Shown here in pieces: positions 18,991 through 26,746 of a stretch of 64,000 nt of DNA; the stretch's first letter is position 1; every line of letters begins with the position of its first letter. A program made the position numbers and the translations under genes. The notes beneath the pieces are model-generated. The model was not told the DNA's origin, searched no databases, and was given only the letters and a program-made list of their open reading frames with translations. The DNA lies in the IMG/VR virus record IMGVR_UViG_2799112278_000002, positions 20,718-84,717 of that record, one strand, 5' to 3'. Origin of the DNA: a virus (lineage: Duplodnaviria; Caudoviricetes).

Positions 18991-19500
18991 TCACTTTAAA
19001 AACAACCGCAAATGTTTTTCTACATCCTCAGACGAAAACATAATTCCCTCATCAGAAGTTGGTACTTGCAATTGCTTCTCCATCCGATTAATAATTTTTT
19101 CATCCAGCCGTGAAATGGCTCGATTCCTTTCGCGGCAAACGTCTCCCGTCGTATCAACATTATAAATAACCAGAGTCTTACCAAACTCCCAGGCTATGTG
19201 CCGCCACATCTTACGCCGTTCAACAGTAGTATTAGTTGCATCAATAATGACTGTGTATCCTTGTTTTAGTAGTGTTCTGGCCATGATCTGGGCTGTAGCC
19301 CACACAAACGGTTCAGCTAAATCAATAAACTGATTACCATGCATAGCTAACCTGATCGTGTCTGGACAAACAACCGCAACTTTGGCCGTAAAGCGTGAGC
19401 ATTTTTCGACTAGTGTACTTTTCCCGCTTAACGGTAATCCCACTGTGATAATTAAGTCACCATGATGCAAAGGGTTTCGTGTGTTTCCATCATTTTGCAT
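18991..19500 (-). CDS. P-loop kinase, polynucleotide-kinase-like (AAA_33)
   Basis: GLPLSGKST, PDTIR, IIDATNTTVERR, C.ERN motifs. Confidence 0.8.
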   Translation of the reverse strand: MQNDGNTRNPLHHGDLIITVGLPLSGKSTLVEKCSRFTAKVAVVCPDTIRLAMHGNQFIDLAEPFVWATAQIMARTLLKQGYTVIIDATNTTVERRKMWRHIAWEFGKTLVIYNVDTTGDVCRERNRAISRLDEKIINRMEKQLQVPTSDEGIMFSSEDVEKHLRLFLK

Positions 19501-19520
19501 ATTCATCACCCTTTATTGCG

Positions 19521-19904
19521 TTATACCTTATTCATTCCCTCTACTCCGCGATTCTCACGGCCAATTGTACGTTTGCGCAACCACAACAAAGCCTCTTCCA
19601 GTTTAGTAATGGCTACTGCGTTATCCCGGCAGGCAAACGGCCCCTTCTGGTAATGTTCCAGTCGGCAGATGATCATTGCAATCAAATCCTCATGGTTGAC
19701 ACCATTAACTCCACGTTCTTTAATAGGACCTTCTTGGAAGTGAATCTCCGCTAACGGAGTACCTGAACCATCCTTATTGCTTGCAATTACAGTAAAACAA
19801 TGGGGTGCTCCAAACTGCATCAATTCCGTAGGTTCGTGATAAACCTCAGTGTATTTGCTCGTAAGCAGGTCATGTTGCAGTTTAACATGCTTTTCTTCAG
19901 ACAT
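19521..19904 (-). CDS. tad1: Tad1-family nucleotide-signal sponge (anti-Thoeris/anti-CBASS)
   Basis: HFQEGPIKERGVNGV..EDLI.....RL..YQKGPFACRDNAVAITKLEEALLWL..R...RE.RGVEG matches Tad1 consensus. Confidence 0.85.
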   Translation of the reverse strand: MSEEKHVKLQHDLLTSKYTEVYHEPTELMQFGAPHCFTVIASNKDGSGTPLAEIHFQEGPIKERGVNGVNHEDLIAMIICRLEHYQKGPFACRDNAVAITKLEEALLWLRKRTIGRENRGVEGMNKV

Positions 19905-19956
19905 TCATTTTCGCTCCTTTGTTGAAATATAATAACCGCCCTAATATTGGAGCGGC

Positions 19957-20112
19957 TTAATGTTGTTTAACCCTTTGAGGACAATTTGCTACCTTAGGGC
20001 TCCTATTCACTTTGCACACATGATTATTATCCGGCCATCTTTCTAAGCCGGAATTAGGAGCATACCTTGCACATTGCTCCCTAGTACAACATAACTCCCG
20101 ACGTTTACCCAT
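19957..20112 (-). CDS. Small Cys-rich hypothetical protein (51 aa)
   Basis: ATG 20112 overlapping the upstream stop; MGKRRELCCTREQC... Confidence 0.45.
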   Translation of the reverse strand: MGKRRELCCTREQCARYAPNSGLERWPDNNHVCKVNRSPKVANCPQRVKQH

Positions 20113-20245
20113 CTGCAGCTTGCTCACTTGCCTTACGCTCAGCAGCTTTCTTTGCGCACACCGGGCCAAGCCCTTCTTCTTTCGACTTTTGTGTCTTCAG
20201 CTTCCGGCTGCACATGCCGCAACGCTCATGTAGGATCGGATTCAA
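20105..20245 (-). CDS. Small Zn-finger protein (DUF6011-like), not in ORF track
   Basis: Hand-translated: MNPILHERCGMCSRKLKTQKSKEEGLGPVCAKK...; TTG start with RBS. Confidence 0.6.
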   Translation of the reverse strand: MNPILHERCGMCSRKLKTQKSKEEGLGPVCAKKAAERKASEQAADG

Positions 20246-20723
20246 CTTTCTTCACCTTCTCTTTTTGCGTTATATACCGAACGCCACCCTTAGGTACGCT
20301 TGTCTGGTAGCCATTATCGCCTTTTAAAACATAGCAATCAGAATAATCTTCAACACTTTTGCAATCAAAATCAGTTACATTGTTATCATGCCAGCAGACC
20401 CGAACTGTTAAAATTGGCCTATCGCCAACTTCCCGATATGTTTTTGCATAGATACCAGGCTTAATAGCATAACGTTCACCTTCTACTCCGGTAATGATAT
20501 GGTCATCTGGACTAATAAAAATAGGCCCCTCACGCGTTGCAATATACGGACGAAAACATTTACATCCCCCGCACCCCTGGTTTTCCTGCCGAGAACACCC
20601 ACTAAGATCAACACCAAACTCACTATAACAACCTTCTTCTGGCTTAAAACCATCCTCCATCCCCAGTTGATAAAGTTCTGCATCCACTTCAACCGGAATT
20701 TTGAAAACCTTTGGCACGAACAA
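20226..20723 (-). CDS. Conserved phage protein (KPV.V.A...T.EG...D.II.GV.GE.Y..KP..Y.KTY family) plus C-terminal domain
   Basis: KIPVEVDA, YIATREGPIFISPDDHIITGVEGERYAIKPGIYAKTY motifs. Confidence 0.7.
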   Translation of the reverse strand: MFVPKVFKIPVEVDAELYQLGMEDGFKPEEGCYSEFGVDLSGCSRQENQGCGGCKCFRPYIATREGPIFISPDDHIITGVEGERYAIKPGIYAKTYREVGDRPILTVRVCWHDNNVTDFDCKSVEDYSDCYVLKGDNGYQTSVPKGGVRYITQKEKVKKVESDPT

Positions 20724-20800
20724 CCACTTCCTTTTGCATATTTATACTAATGAATTTTTACTACGTCGGGAATTTTGATACTTTTATGCACCAAAATGAA

Positions 20801-22198
20801 TTAAACCGCCATCCAGCTGCGCGATTCTGATTCACCGCGGTATTTATCGCGTTTCTCTTTTTCCTTCGGTTTATCCGGAGTCCACGGCCGGGATGTACAT
20901 GCATACATCGTTTCATCAAAGGCATGATCCTCACCATTGGTATCAACCTTTTCAGGATTATGCTTATCATGTGTCAGCATTGGAAATGTCCTGATTGTAT
21001 GGAAGCAGGTTTCAAAGAAAGTAATCCCCGGTATCTGCTTACCCTCTTTATCGGTGTAACCGGTTAGACGGATTTTTACCTGCTCAGCGCCAGCTTCACG
21101 ACCTTTAGTAGAGGGAATAAAAAGAGTCTTGCTCTTTTCAGACAAGACGTTGTTAATTTCCTCTGCGACTGTCGGACCCTCTGTGCCGGTTTTATTCCAA
21201 CAAGCACTATCCAATACTGCATAGGACATAGGCAAATCTTCTTTTTCAGCTTGAGCAATCTTTAATGCAACCTGTTTAGCCGTTTCTTTGGTACCTACAT
21301 TGGCCTTGCCTCCATACCCATATAGCTCACGGTATTTCCACAAGCGACTGTCATAATCAACCGCATACCATCCAACAGAATAAGGATGATAGCTGCCCCA
21401 GTCCATCGCTCGGAATCTTGTCCACTCTCGCGGAATGGCAAAAGGCTTACAAACATGCAGGGAACTTGACCACATATCGTAAAAGCGGCCGCCGGTGATT
21501 CCCCATTCGCCTTCACCATATACCTTGTAGCCTTCTGGATCTTGCAGCTTCCTAAGCTCCATACGCCGGTAATACGCTTCATCAATAAACCGGTTATCCT
21601 TATAAGTGCTGTGATGAGTGAATATATCAGGACTGGTTATATCAAAGTATTTGGCTTTAATCCAATGCGAAGCGCTGACTGGGTTAAAGCTAAACGTCAT
21701 CTGGTAATATAGGTTCGGGTTAAGCAAAATGCCGCGCAGCCGATCATCTAAAATATCAACATCGGACTCATCGAGCTCCGTTGCTTCTTCTACCCATATG
21801 AAAACTAATTTGCCAAATTCAAAGCTTACTGACTTAATTTTTTCACGCTGGCTATCATCTTTCATACCACGAAAAATGATCTTATTACCTGTCCGATTAC
21901 AGACAATTTCCATTGGACTTTGCCGAACGGTCCACAATACAGATGCAAGTTTGCCACAAATCCTGTTGATTGCAGCTTTTAACTCAGCATAGGTACTGTC
22001 CCGGTGTGATTCATCGATCTTCCTGACTACCAGTAAATTCGCACCAGCGTTCTTTGGGTCCATGAGCTTCAGTATATAATCCTGCGCTATATTTACCGAC
22101 TTACCGCTACCGGCGCTGCCTTTAGCGCATCGATACCGGCACCGCGTTCTGTTAAATTCCCGAAATATAGGATTAAACTGAACGACAGTTTCAGCCAT
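20801..22198 (-). CDS. terL: Terminase large subunit (PBSX-like)
   Basis: GSAGSGKS Walker A, WVEEATE Walker B, FNP motif, C-terminal DHAFDE nuclease motif. Confidence 0.93.
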   Translation of the reverse strand: MAETVVQFNPIFREFNRTRCRYRCAKGSAGSGKSVNIAQDYILKLMDPKNAGANLLVVRKIDESHRDSTYAELKAAINRICGKLASVLWTVRQSPMEIVCNRTGNKIIFRGMKDDSQREKIKSVSFEFGKLVFIWVEEATELDESDVDILDDRLRGILLNPNLYYQMTFSFNPVSASHWIKAKYFDITSPDIFTHHSTYKDNRFIDEAYYRRMELRKLQDPEGYKVYGEGEWGITGGRFYDMWSSSLHVCKPFAIPREWTRFRAMDWGSYHPYSVGWYAVDYDSRLWKYRELYGYGGKANVGTKETAKQVALKIAQAEKEDLPMSYAVLDSACWNKTGTEGPTVAEEINNVLSEKSKTLFIPSTKGREAGAEQVKIRLTGYTDKEGKQIPGITFFETCFHTIRTFPMLTHDKHNPEKVDTNGEDHAFDETMYACTSRPWTPDKPKEKEKRDKYRGESESRSWMAV

Positions 22199-22706
22199 CG
22201 TCCCCACCATCGCCGTAATCAATTACGATTCTAAGCTCAGTATCAATAGGGCCACCGCCCTCACCAGTATGTTCGACCTTCTTCTGCTCCTTGTACATGC
22301 CTTTCATTTCAAAAAACAGCTTAATAGCCGAAACATCGCCCATCTTCGCCTTACGAATAAGCGCTTTCCAAACCTCTGCCGTCTCGGCATCCGTATACTG
22401 ATTAATAAGGCTGTTGAGATAAGCAACAAAGTTCGGATCTTGCATCCAAACCCACAAAGTTTTATAGGTAATCCCGGCATCCTTCGCTTTTTGCTCTTTG
22501 GTCCCGCGATTTTCAGGATTAACAAGTAATCGAGCAATCGCTATTTGCTTCGCGTGAGGAACCCATTCATTACTTTTCATTACGTCAACCGGAGTATCCG
22601 CAGCAACCTTATCTGCCGGTTTCTTTCGGGTATTTCTTGTGTTCCCCGGCTTCTTCCGCTTAGCCTTGCTTACCTTTTCTTGACCTTCTACCTTTTGCTT
22701 TGTCAT
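22191..22706 (-). CDS. terS: Terminase small subunit (HTH, phBC6A51-like)
   Basis: HTH AKDAGITYKTLWVW..DP.F, GDVSAIKLFFEMKG, KVEHTGEGGGPI; overlaps the terL start. Confidence 0.75.
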   Translation of the reverse strand: MTKQKVEGQEKVSKAKRKKPGNTRNTRKKPADKVAADTPVDVMKSNEWVPHAKQIAIARLLVNPENRGTKEQKAKDAGITYKTLWVWMQDPNFVAYLNSLINQYTDAETAEVWKALIRKAKMGDVSAIKLFFEMKGMYKEQKKVEHTGEGGGPIDTELRIVIDYGDGGDDG

Positions 22707-23325
22707 CATCATCACCTGCCAATATGTTCGGAATATCAGCATCAGGCGCTGACCAATGTATTCCATATGTTTCAATAATTGCACGGAAGTCTTCGACATC
22801 ATGCGGTACCAGCTTGCCGGACATCGGTATATGCTTGAGCTCATGCCACATCAATAAGGCCATCTGTGCCTCACTCATATAATCTACATGCGGCTCGTAC
22901 ACCGTAATTATGTACTGATAATCCATAAATGCCCTGAAAGGCGGCTTTACCTTACGACAGTCAGCATGAACCATCTTGCCTGTTGCCCTGTCCGTTTTAG
23001 GCTCGTAACTGAGTACATAAGCAATGTTCTCGCGGCCTATATACTCATCTATAAACCACAAATCCGGCATCTTCGAGATAACCTTGCTGGCTAATTCCCG
23101 CAGCGCCGGAGATATTTCACAGTCATAACACTGTATATCTTCAGTGTCATAGTCTTTTATGATAATAGTCTCAATGTCACAGGGAGTATCATCTTCATAC
23201 ACCAAGTTAAGCTCGAGCTTTATGTCGAAGCGCTTTTTTCCTGCTGCTTCCATTTGGGCCTTGTTGCGTCTTTTTAAGATTACTCCCTTTACCGGTACAA
23301 TTACATGGTCCCCTTTATCGAACAT
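22660..23325 (-). CDS. Putative phage metallopeptidase
   Basis: LMWHELKHI (HExxH) plus PHDVEDF. Confidence 0.75.
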   Translation of the reverse strand: MFDKGDHVIVPVKGVILKRRNKAQMEAAGKKRFDIKLELNLVYEDDTPCDIETIIIKDYDTEDIQCYDCEISPALRELASKVISKMPDLWFIDEYIGRENIAYVLSYEPKTDRATGKMVHADCRKVKPPFRAFMDYQYIITVYEPHVDYMSEAQMALLMWHELKHIPMSGKLVPHDVEDFRAIIETYGIHWSAPDADIPNILAGDDDDKAKGRRSRKGKQG

Positions 23326-23337
23326 AAGCGCTCATCC

Positions 23338-23637
23338 TTATGCTTTATCGTCTGCCTCATAACGGGCCACACCCTGTAGCGAATACCCCGCACAATCTGC
23401 CCAAGGATTCTCGCCGAATGCCCTAATGTCCCCTTTGGCTATCCTGCTGAACTTATCTAAGATGCGCACTATGATTAGAGCATCTTTGAATTGGTCTAAG
23501 CTTATCCCGTTCGGGTACAGAATGCACAGTATACCCTCTACCGTCGTTATGGCCTCACCGTAGGCTTTATCCTTTTGATCTACCAGTTGGCCGATTCGAT
23601 TCCCGACGACTTGAAATCTCCCTTGCACTTGCTCCAT
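23338..23637 (-). CDS. All-alpha nucleotide-modification-associated / DUF1599-like protein
   Basis: K..AYG, RILDKFSRI, NPW.D.AGY motifs. Confidence 0.6.
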   Translation of the reverse strand: MEQVQGRFQVVGNRIGQLVDQKDKAYGEAITTVEGILCILYPNGISLDQFKDALIIVRILDKFSRIAKGDIRAFGENPWADCAGYSLQGVARYEADDKA

Positions 23638-23746
23638 TAGGCTCTTTCCTCCTATCTTTACACGGCATATGATGCTGCCGGCCACATTCATGATAATCAG
23701 AAGAGTAATACGGGCAAGTCTTGTCGTAACATGTGCGTTCGCTCAT
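23567..23746 (-). CDS. Small Cys/His-rich ORF (59 aa), not in track
   Basis: Hand-translated MSERTCYDKTCPYYSSDYHECGRQHHMPC...; RBS GGGGGA. Confidence 0.4.
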   Translation of the reverse strand: MSERTCYDKTCPYYSSDYHECGRQHHMPCKDRRKEPNGASAREISSRRESNRPTGRSKG

Positions 23747-23778
23747 TTCTTTTTCCCCCGATAAATAATAATGCCGCC

Positions 23779-23895
23779 CTATTCGGACGGCACATACTCA
23801 AAATGCTTGAATATCATTGGGCTTATGATCCTTTGCTTTTTAACAGGATCTTTGATCTTATCAGTTTTTTCTTGCTGCTTAGACGCTACGTTCAT
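23779..23895 (-). CDS. 38-aa peptide after the tRNAs, not in track
   Basis: RBS GGAGG; MNVASKQQEKTDKIKDPVKKQRIISPMIFKHFEYVPSE; followed by hairpin TGCCGTCC-GAATA-GGGCGGCA. Confidence 0.5.
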   Translation of the reverse strand: MNVASKQQEKTDKIKDPVKKQRIISPMIFKHFEYVPSE

Positions 23896-23916
23896 TTTAA
23901 CCTCCGTTAAATGTTT

Positions 23917-23990
23917 TGGTGGAGCGACTAGGAGTCGAACCTAGGACTGTCGGGTTACGGCCGAGCGTGATACCATTTCACCATCACTCC
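23917..23990 (-). tRNA. Atypical tRNA with GUA (Tyr) anticodon, short variable loop, encoded CCA
   Basis: Acceptor GGAGTGA/TCGCTCC-A-CCA, D arm GTGA/TCAC, anticodon loop CCGTAAC, T arm CTAGG-TTCGACT-CCTAG. Confidence 0.8.
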
Positions 23991-23993
23991 ATT

Positions 23994-24070
23994 TGGCAGG
24001 GATAACTGGACTCGAACCAGTGCATAAGCGGTTAACAGCCGCTTGCCTTACCTTGCTTGGCTATATCCCT
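23994..24070 (-). tRNA. tRNA-Asn(GUU), encoded CCA
   Basis: Acceptor AGGGATA/TATCCCT-G-CCA, anticodon arm AGCGG-CTGTTAA-CCGCT, T arm ACTGG-TTCGAGT-CCAGT. Confidence 0.92.
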
Positions 24071-24078
24071 ACATTCTT

Positions 24079-24245
24079 AACCCCCAAGGGGTTCGCCGGA
24101 ATGAGCGGTACCGGCATGTACACTCTCTCATTGTCCGGCGCTTTATTTGCAGCATATGCCGCGACTTTCTTATCCGCTGCTTCTACATCTTCCCCCCAGA
24201 CCTAAACCTGAGGCTTCAAAGCAATGCAGATATACACGGCATATG
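24079..24245 (-). ncRNA. Candidate structured RNA upstream of the tRNAs
   Basis: Three consecutive stems: 24153-24245 (CATATGCCG/CGGCATATG plus inner stems), 24094-24140, 24079-24093. Confidence 0.4.
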
Positions 24246-24258
24246 GGGCGCTTACTGT

Positions 24259-24507
24259 TTATTGGTCTGGATTTATCTTTGCTTCCAACCAGGCCATAAG
24301 ATCATTTACAGCAACTTGTTCCAGGCTCCCCGGTATCTTCTTGGTATTCAGTTGCACCATGGCCCCGAGGTTGTACACCGGAACATCAAGGACATATCTG
24401 TCACCGCGTTCTCTATGCGCCTCATTAGCTAAAAAGATAATGCCGATTAGTTTATCATCTTCTTTGACAAGATACAGACCATCCTGCACTTTTGAACACC
24501 TTATCAT
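24259..24507 (-). CDS. Hypothetical protein
   Basis: 82-aa ORF coupled to the ACP gene. Confidence 0.6.
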   Translation of the reverse strand: MIRCSKVQDGLYLVKEDDKLIGIIFLANEAHRERGDRYVLDVPVYNLGAMVQLNTKKIPGSLEQVAVNDLMAWLEAKINPDQ

Positions 24508-24728
24508 TTTGAGGTTTGCCGCTTATCGATATATTCAACAACCTGGCCAACTGTTTTAAGTTTTTCGGCCTCTTCATCCGGCACTACTTCCAACTCCATG
24601 AAGAGCCCCGCCAGATCCAGTGAATCGGCACCAAGATCCTCAATAAGTTTAGCGTCCATAGTCACATCTACTTCATCCACACAAAGGCAATCGACTATAA
24701 CTTCTCTTACCTTTTCAAACGTATTCAT
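24504..24728 (-). CDS. acpP: Acyl carrier protein homolog with ~5-aa deletion
   Basis: DLGADSLD phosphopantetheine motif; PDEEAEKLKTVGQVVEYI C-terminus. Confidence 0.85.
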   Translation of the reverse strand: MNTFEKVREVIVDCLCVDEVDVTMDAKLIEDLGADSLDLAGLFMELEVVPDEEAEKLKTVGQVVEYIDKRQTSK

Positions 24729-24871
24729 ATATATCATCCTTTCGGCAACTTACATCGGTGCCAGCCATCCCCTACTGGCACCATATATAAAAAAGGAGGA
24801 GGTACCTTTCACGAAGGCTGCTCAATCCCCGCGAAAGCGAAATAAGCTATCGGCTATACTCTCACAAACCC

Positions 24872-24913
24872 AGTATATCTTAGTTACATAGGGGTTTTGG
24901 GGTACCCTAAAAC
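24872..24913 (-). promoter_or_regulatory. Putative activator-dependent late promoter
   Basis: 20-bp palindrome GTTTTGGGGTACCCTAAAAC (24894-24913, 1 mismatch) upstream of a -10 TATACT (24872-24877) with no good -35. Confidence 0.5.
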
Positions 24914-24917
24914 ATTT

Positions 24918-25247
24918 TTATTGAAATCTTCCACCTGGAACATAATCAGCTTCCTTTTTATCACAGAACCGCTTCTTGAAATCCGGGAAGTGTTTCTCAA
25001 CTACCCTCCACACTGCTTCCTCATCTGTCGCATCAATTACCGCACAAATTGCACAATCATCACGGCCGGAATCGTCGTTTCGATCACTGTATCCGCTTAT
25101 CCAGAATTTAAAAGGAGGCTTAGTGCAACCTTCATCAGCATAATTACCAGAGTACCAGCTGGCCCAAAACCTTTGCATATGCTGTTCCTCCATCAGTATT
25201 TTATTGGCCTCATCGTTTCTTGATGCCACCTTGCCGTTTTTAGACAT
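24918..25247 (-). CDS. Hypothetical protein
   Basis: 109-aa ORF. Confidence 0.6.
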   Translation of the reverse strand: MSKNGKVASRNDEANKILMEEQHMQRFWASWYSGNYADEGCTKPPFKFWISGYSDRNDDSGRDDCAICAVIDATDEEAVWRVVEKHFPDFKKRFCDKKEADYVPGGRFQ

Positions 25248-25420
25248 TCATGTCGGTACGCAGCATGATTAGCTGCTTCTCTTATTTCAACGGGAGTAAG
25301 TTGATTCGATTCAATCAGTCCCACCAGAACATCTACTACACTACGGAACATCTGATCATTGGCATACCGGTATTCAGGAGTTAAATTAATGTCCTCACCG
25401 CATCTTGAACACTTCGGCAT
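25193..25420 (-). CDS. Hypothetical protein (CxxC N-terminus)
   Basis: TAATG coupling with the upstream gene. Confidence 0.55.
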   Translation of the reverse strand: MPKCSRCGEDINLTPEYRYANDQMFRSVVDVLVGLIESNQLTPVEIREAANHAAYRHECLKTARWHQETMRPIKY

Positions 25421-25929
25421 TACAGGCACCCCCTACGTTGCGCAACTCTAACCGTGATATTAATGACATCCTTCCACCAGCTTTTGACCGTCTTCTCAGC
25501 TGGCAAATGATAATAACCATATTGCTTCTCGATCAAGTTGCAATATTGCTTTGCCGTCTCAGCAACCCATCCCGGCCGCCCCTGTTTTGCATCATAATAG
25601 GTTATTTCAGCCTGACGCCGAGCTTCCAGAAATATAAGCTTTTTAGGTGAGAGCACCTTATATACATCTTCAATCGTCATGATCCAAATGTTTTGCTGAC
25701 TTAATTCAACCAGGCCAATTGCCTTATCCTCGGCTGGACGGCCAACATCTGAACCTTTTGGCATACCGGTGTACAATGTTGCAGCCACTTCGCTTGCATA
25801 TTCACCATTCGTGTTGTACATCTTTGCCATGCTTTCAAAATAAGCTTTGCGCTTATCAGGGAAATTAAGCAACCATTCAGCAGCCTGCTTATCTTGTTCA
25901 TTCATTTCATCCCATGTTAACGGTTTCAT
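25420..25929 (-). CDS. RinA/ArpU-like late transcriptional activator
   Basis: GMPKGSDVGRPAEDKAI...IEDVYKVL motif; last large regulator before the late operon. Confidence 0.7.
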   Translation of the reverse strand: MKPLTWDEMNEQDKQAAEWLLNFPDKRKAYFESMAKMYNTNGEYASEVAATLYTGMPKGSDVGRPAEDKAIGLVELSQQNIWIMTIEDVYKVLSPKKLIFLEARRQAEITYYDAKQGRPGWVAETAKQYCNLIEKQYGYYHLPAEKTVKSWWKDVINITVRVAQRRGCL

Positions 25930-26120
25930 TTGGCCTCTGCCTTATTCTGGGCTTTCTTTTTAATGTACTTATCTTTTAGCCTCTTAAATGCGTATACCGG
26001 CAAAGCACATATTACGATTAAAAATGCAATAATTAACATAATCAGAAAAAAAGCAGTGCCAACCCAAACAGGAGAACTTATTGCTAGTCCAACAATAGTA
26101 ACTGCCGTCGGCCATTCCAC
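25926..26120 (-). CDS. Small membrane protein
   Basis: Long hydrophobic stretch with basic tail. Confidence 0.55.
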   Translation of the reverse strand: MEWPTAVTIVGLAISSPVWVGTAFFLIMLIIAFLIVICALPVYAFKRLKDKYIKKKAQNKAEAK

Positions 26121-26122
26121 AA

Positions 26123-26278
26123 TTATCTAACTCCTTTCTCCTTTGGTTTCCATCCAGGACGTTCTATATTGGAACCACACTTTAAGCAAGAAGGTACTCT
26201 TGGCATTACTTCGCCCAGCACCGGCACTTTCCAATACTTACAGGTACCACATACTCTTAAAATTTGATTATCCAGCAC
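26123..26278 (-). CDS. Small Zn-binding ORF (51 aa), not in track
   Basis: GTG start, RBS GGGGA; CGTC...CLKC. Confidence 0.45.
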   Translation of the reverse strand: MLDNQILRVCGTCKYWKVPVLGEVMPRVPSCLKCGSNIERPGWKPKEKGVR

Positions 26279-26290
26279 GTCGAAATCCCC

Positions 26291-26734
26291 TTAATTTGAA
26301 TCTTTCCAATCCCCGTAAAGCATACGCCCTTTGAATTTCAAAGTGTTTTCCACGGCTTCAAGGTCTGCTCGGAGATTTTTAAGTTTCTCATATGTTCCGG
26401 CAGCAGCAGCCTCATCCCGGCGCTTTTGTCGCATTGCCGCTTCCGCTTCCATATCCAGCTGCTTAGCAGTAAAAGACTTTTTTGTTTCAATATAATCTAA
26501 GTGCCTTTTAGTCCATTCACTGGCAGTATCAGATTTGCGATCTCCTTCTGCCATTTTACTTATTTCCAGTGCTTCACCAGCCAACTCGCCAACTCTAACC
26601 TTCACAGCTGAAATATATTGCAGTTTCTTTAATATAAATTCTTTCGATGTAATTGTTTGATTCTCAAGCGCTGCTATTGCCGCATAGACTCCACGGAGCG
26701 CCATAACTGACTTTTGCACTTCTTCTAGTGTCAT
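26291..26734 (-). CDS. Helical hypothetical protein
   Basis: 147-aa coiled-coil ORF. Confidence 0.6.
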   Translation of the reverse strand: MTLEEVQKSVMALRGVYAAIAALENQTITSKEFILKKLQYISAVKVRVGELAGEALEISKMAEGDRKSDTASEWTKRHLDYIETKKSFTAKQLDMEAEAAMRQKRRDEAAAAGTYEKLKNLRADLEAVENTLKFKGRMLYGDWKDSN

Positions 26735-26746
26735 ACTTTGCCCTCG

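Noticed and set aside
24079-24245. 6S RNA
   Set aside because: Folds as separate hairpins rather than one rod with a central bubble; kept only as an unknown ncRNA candidate
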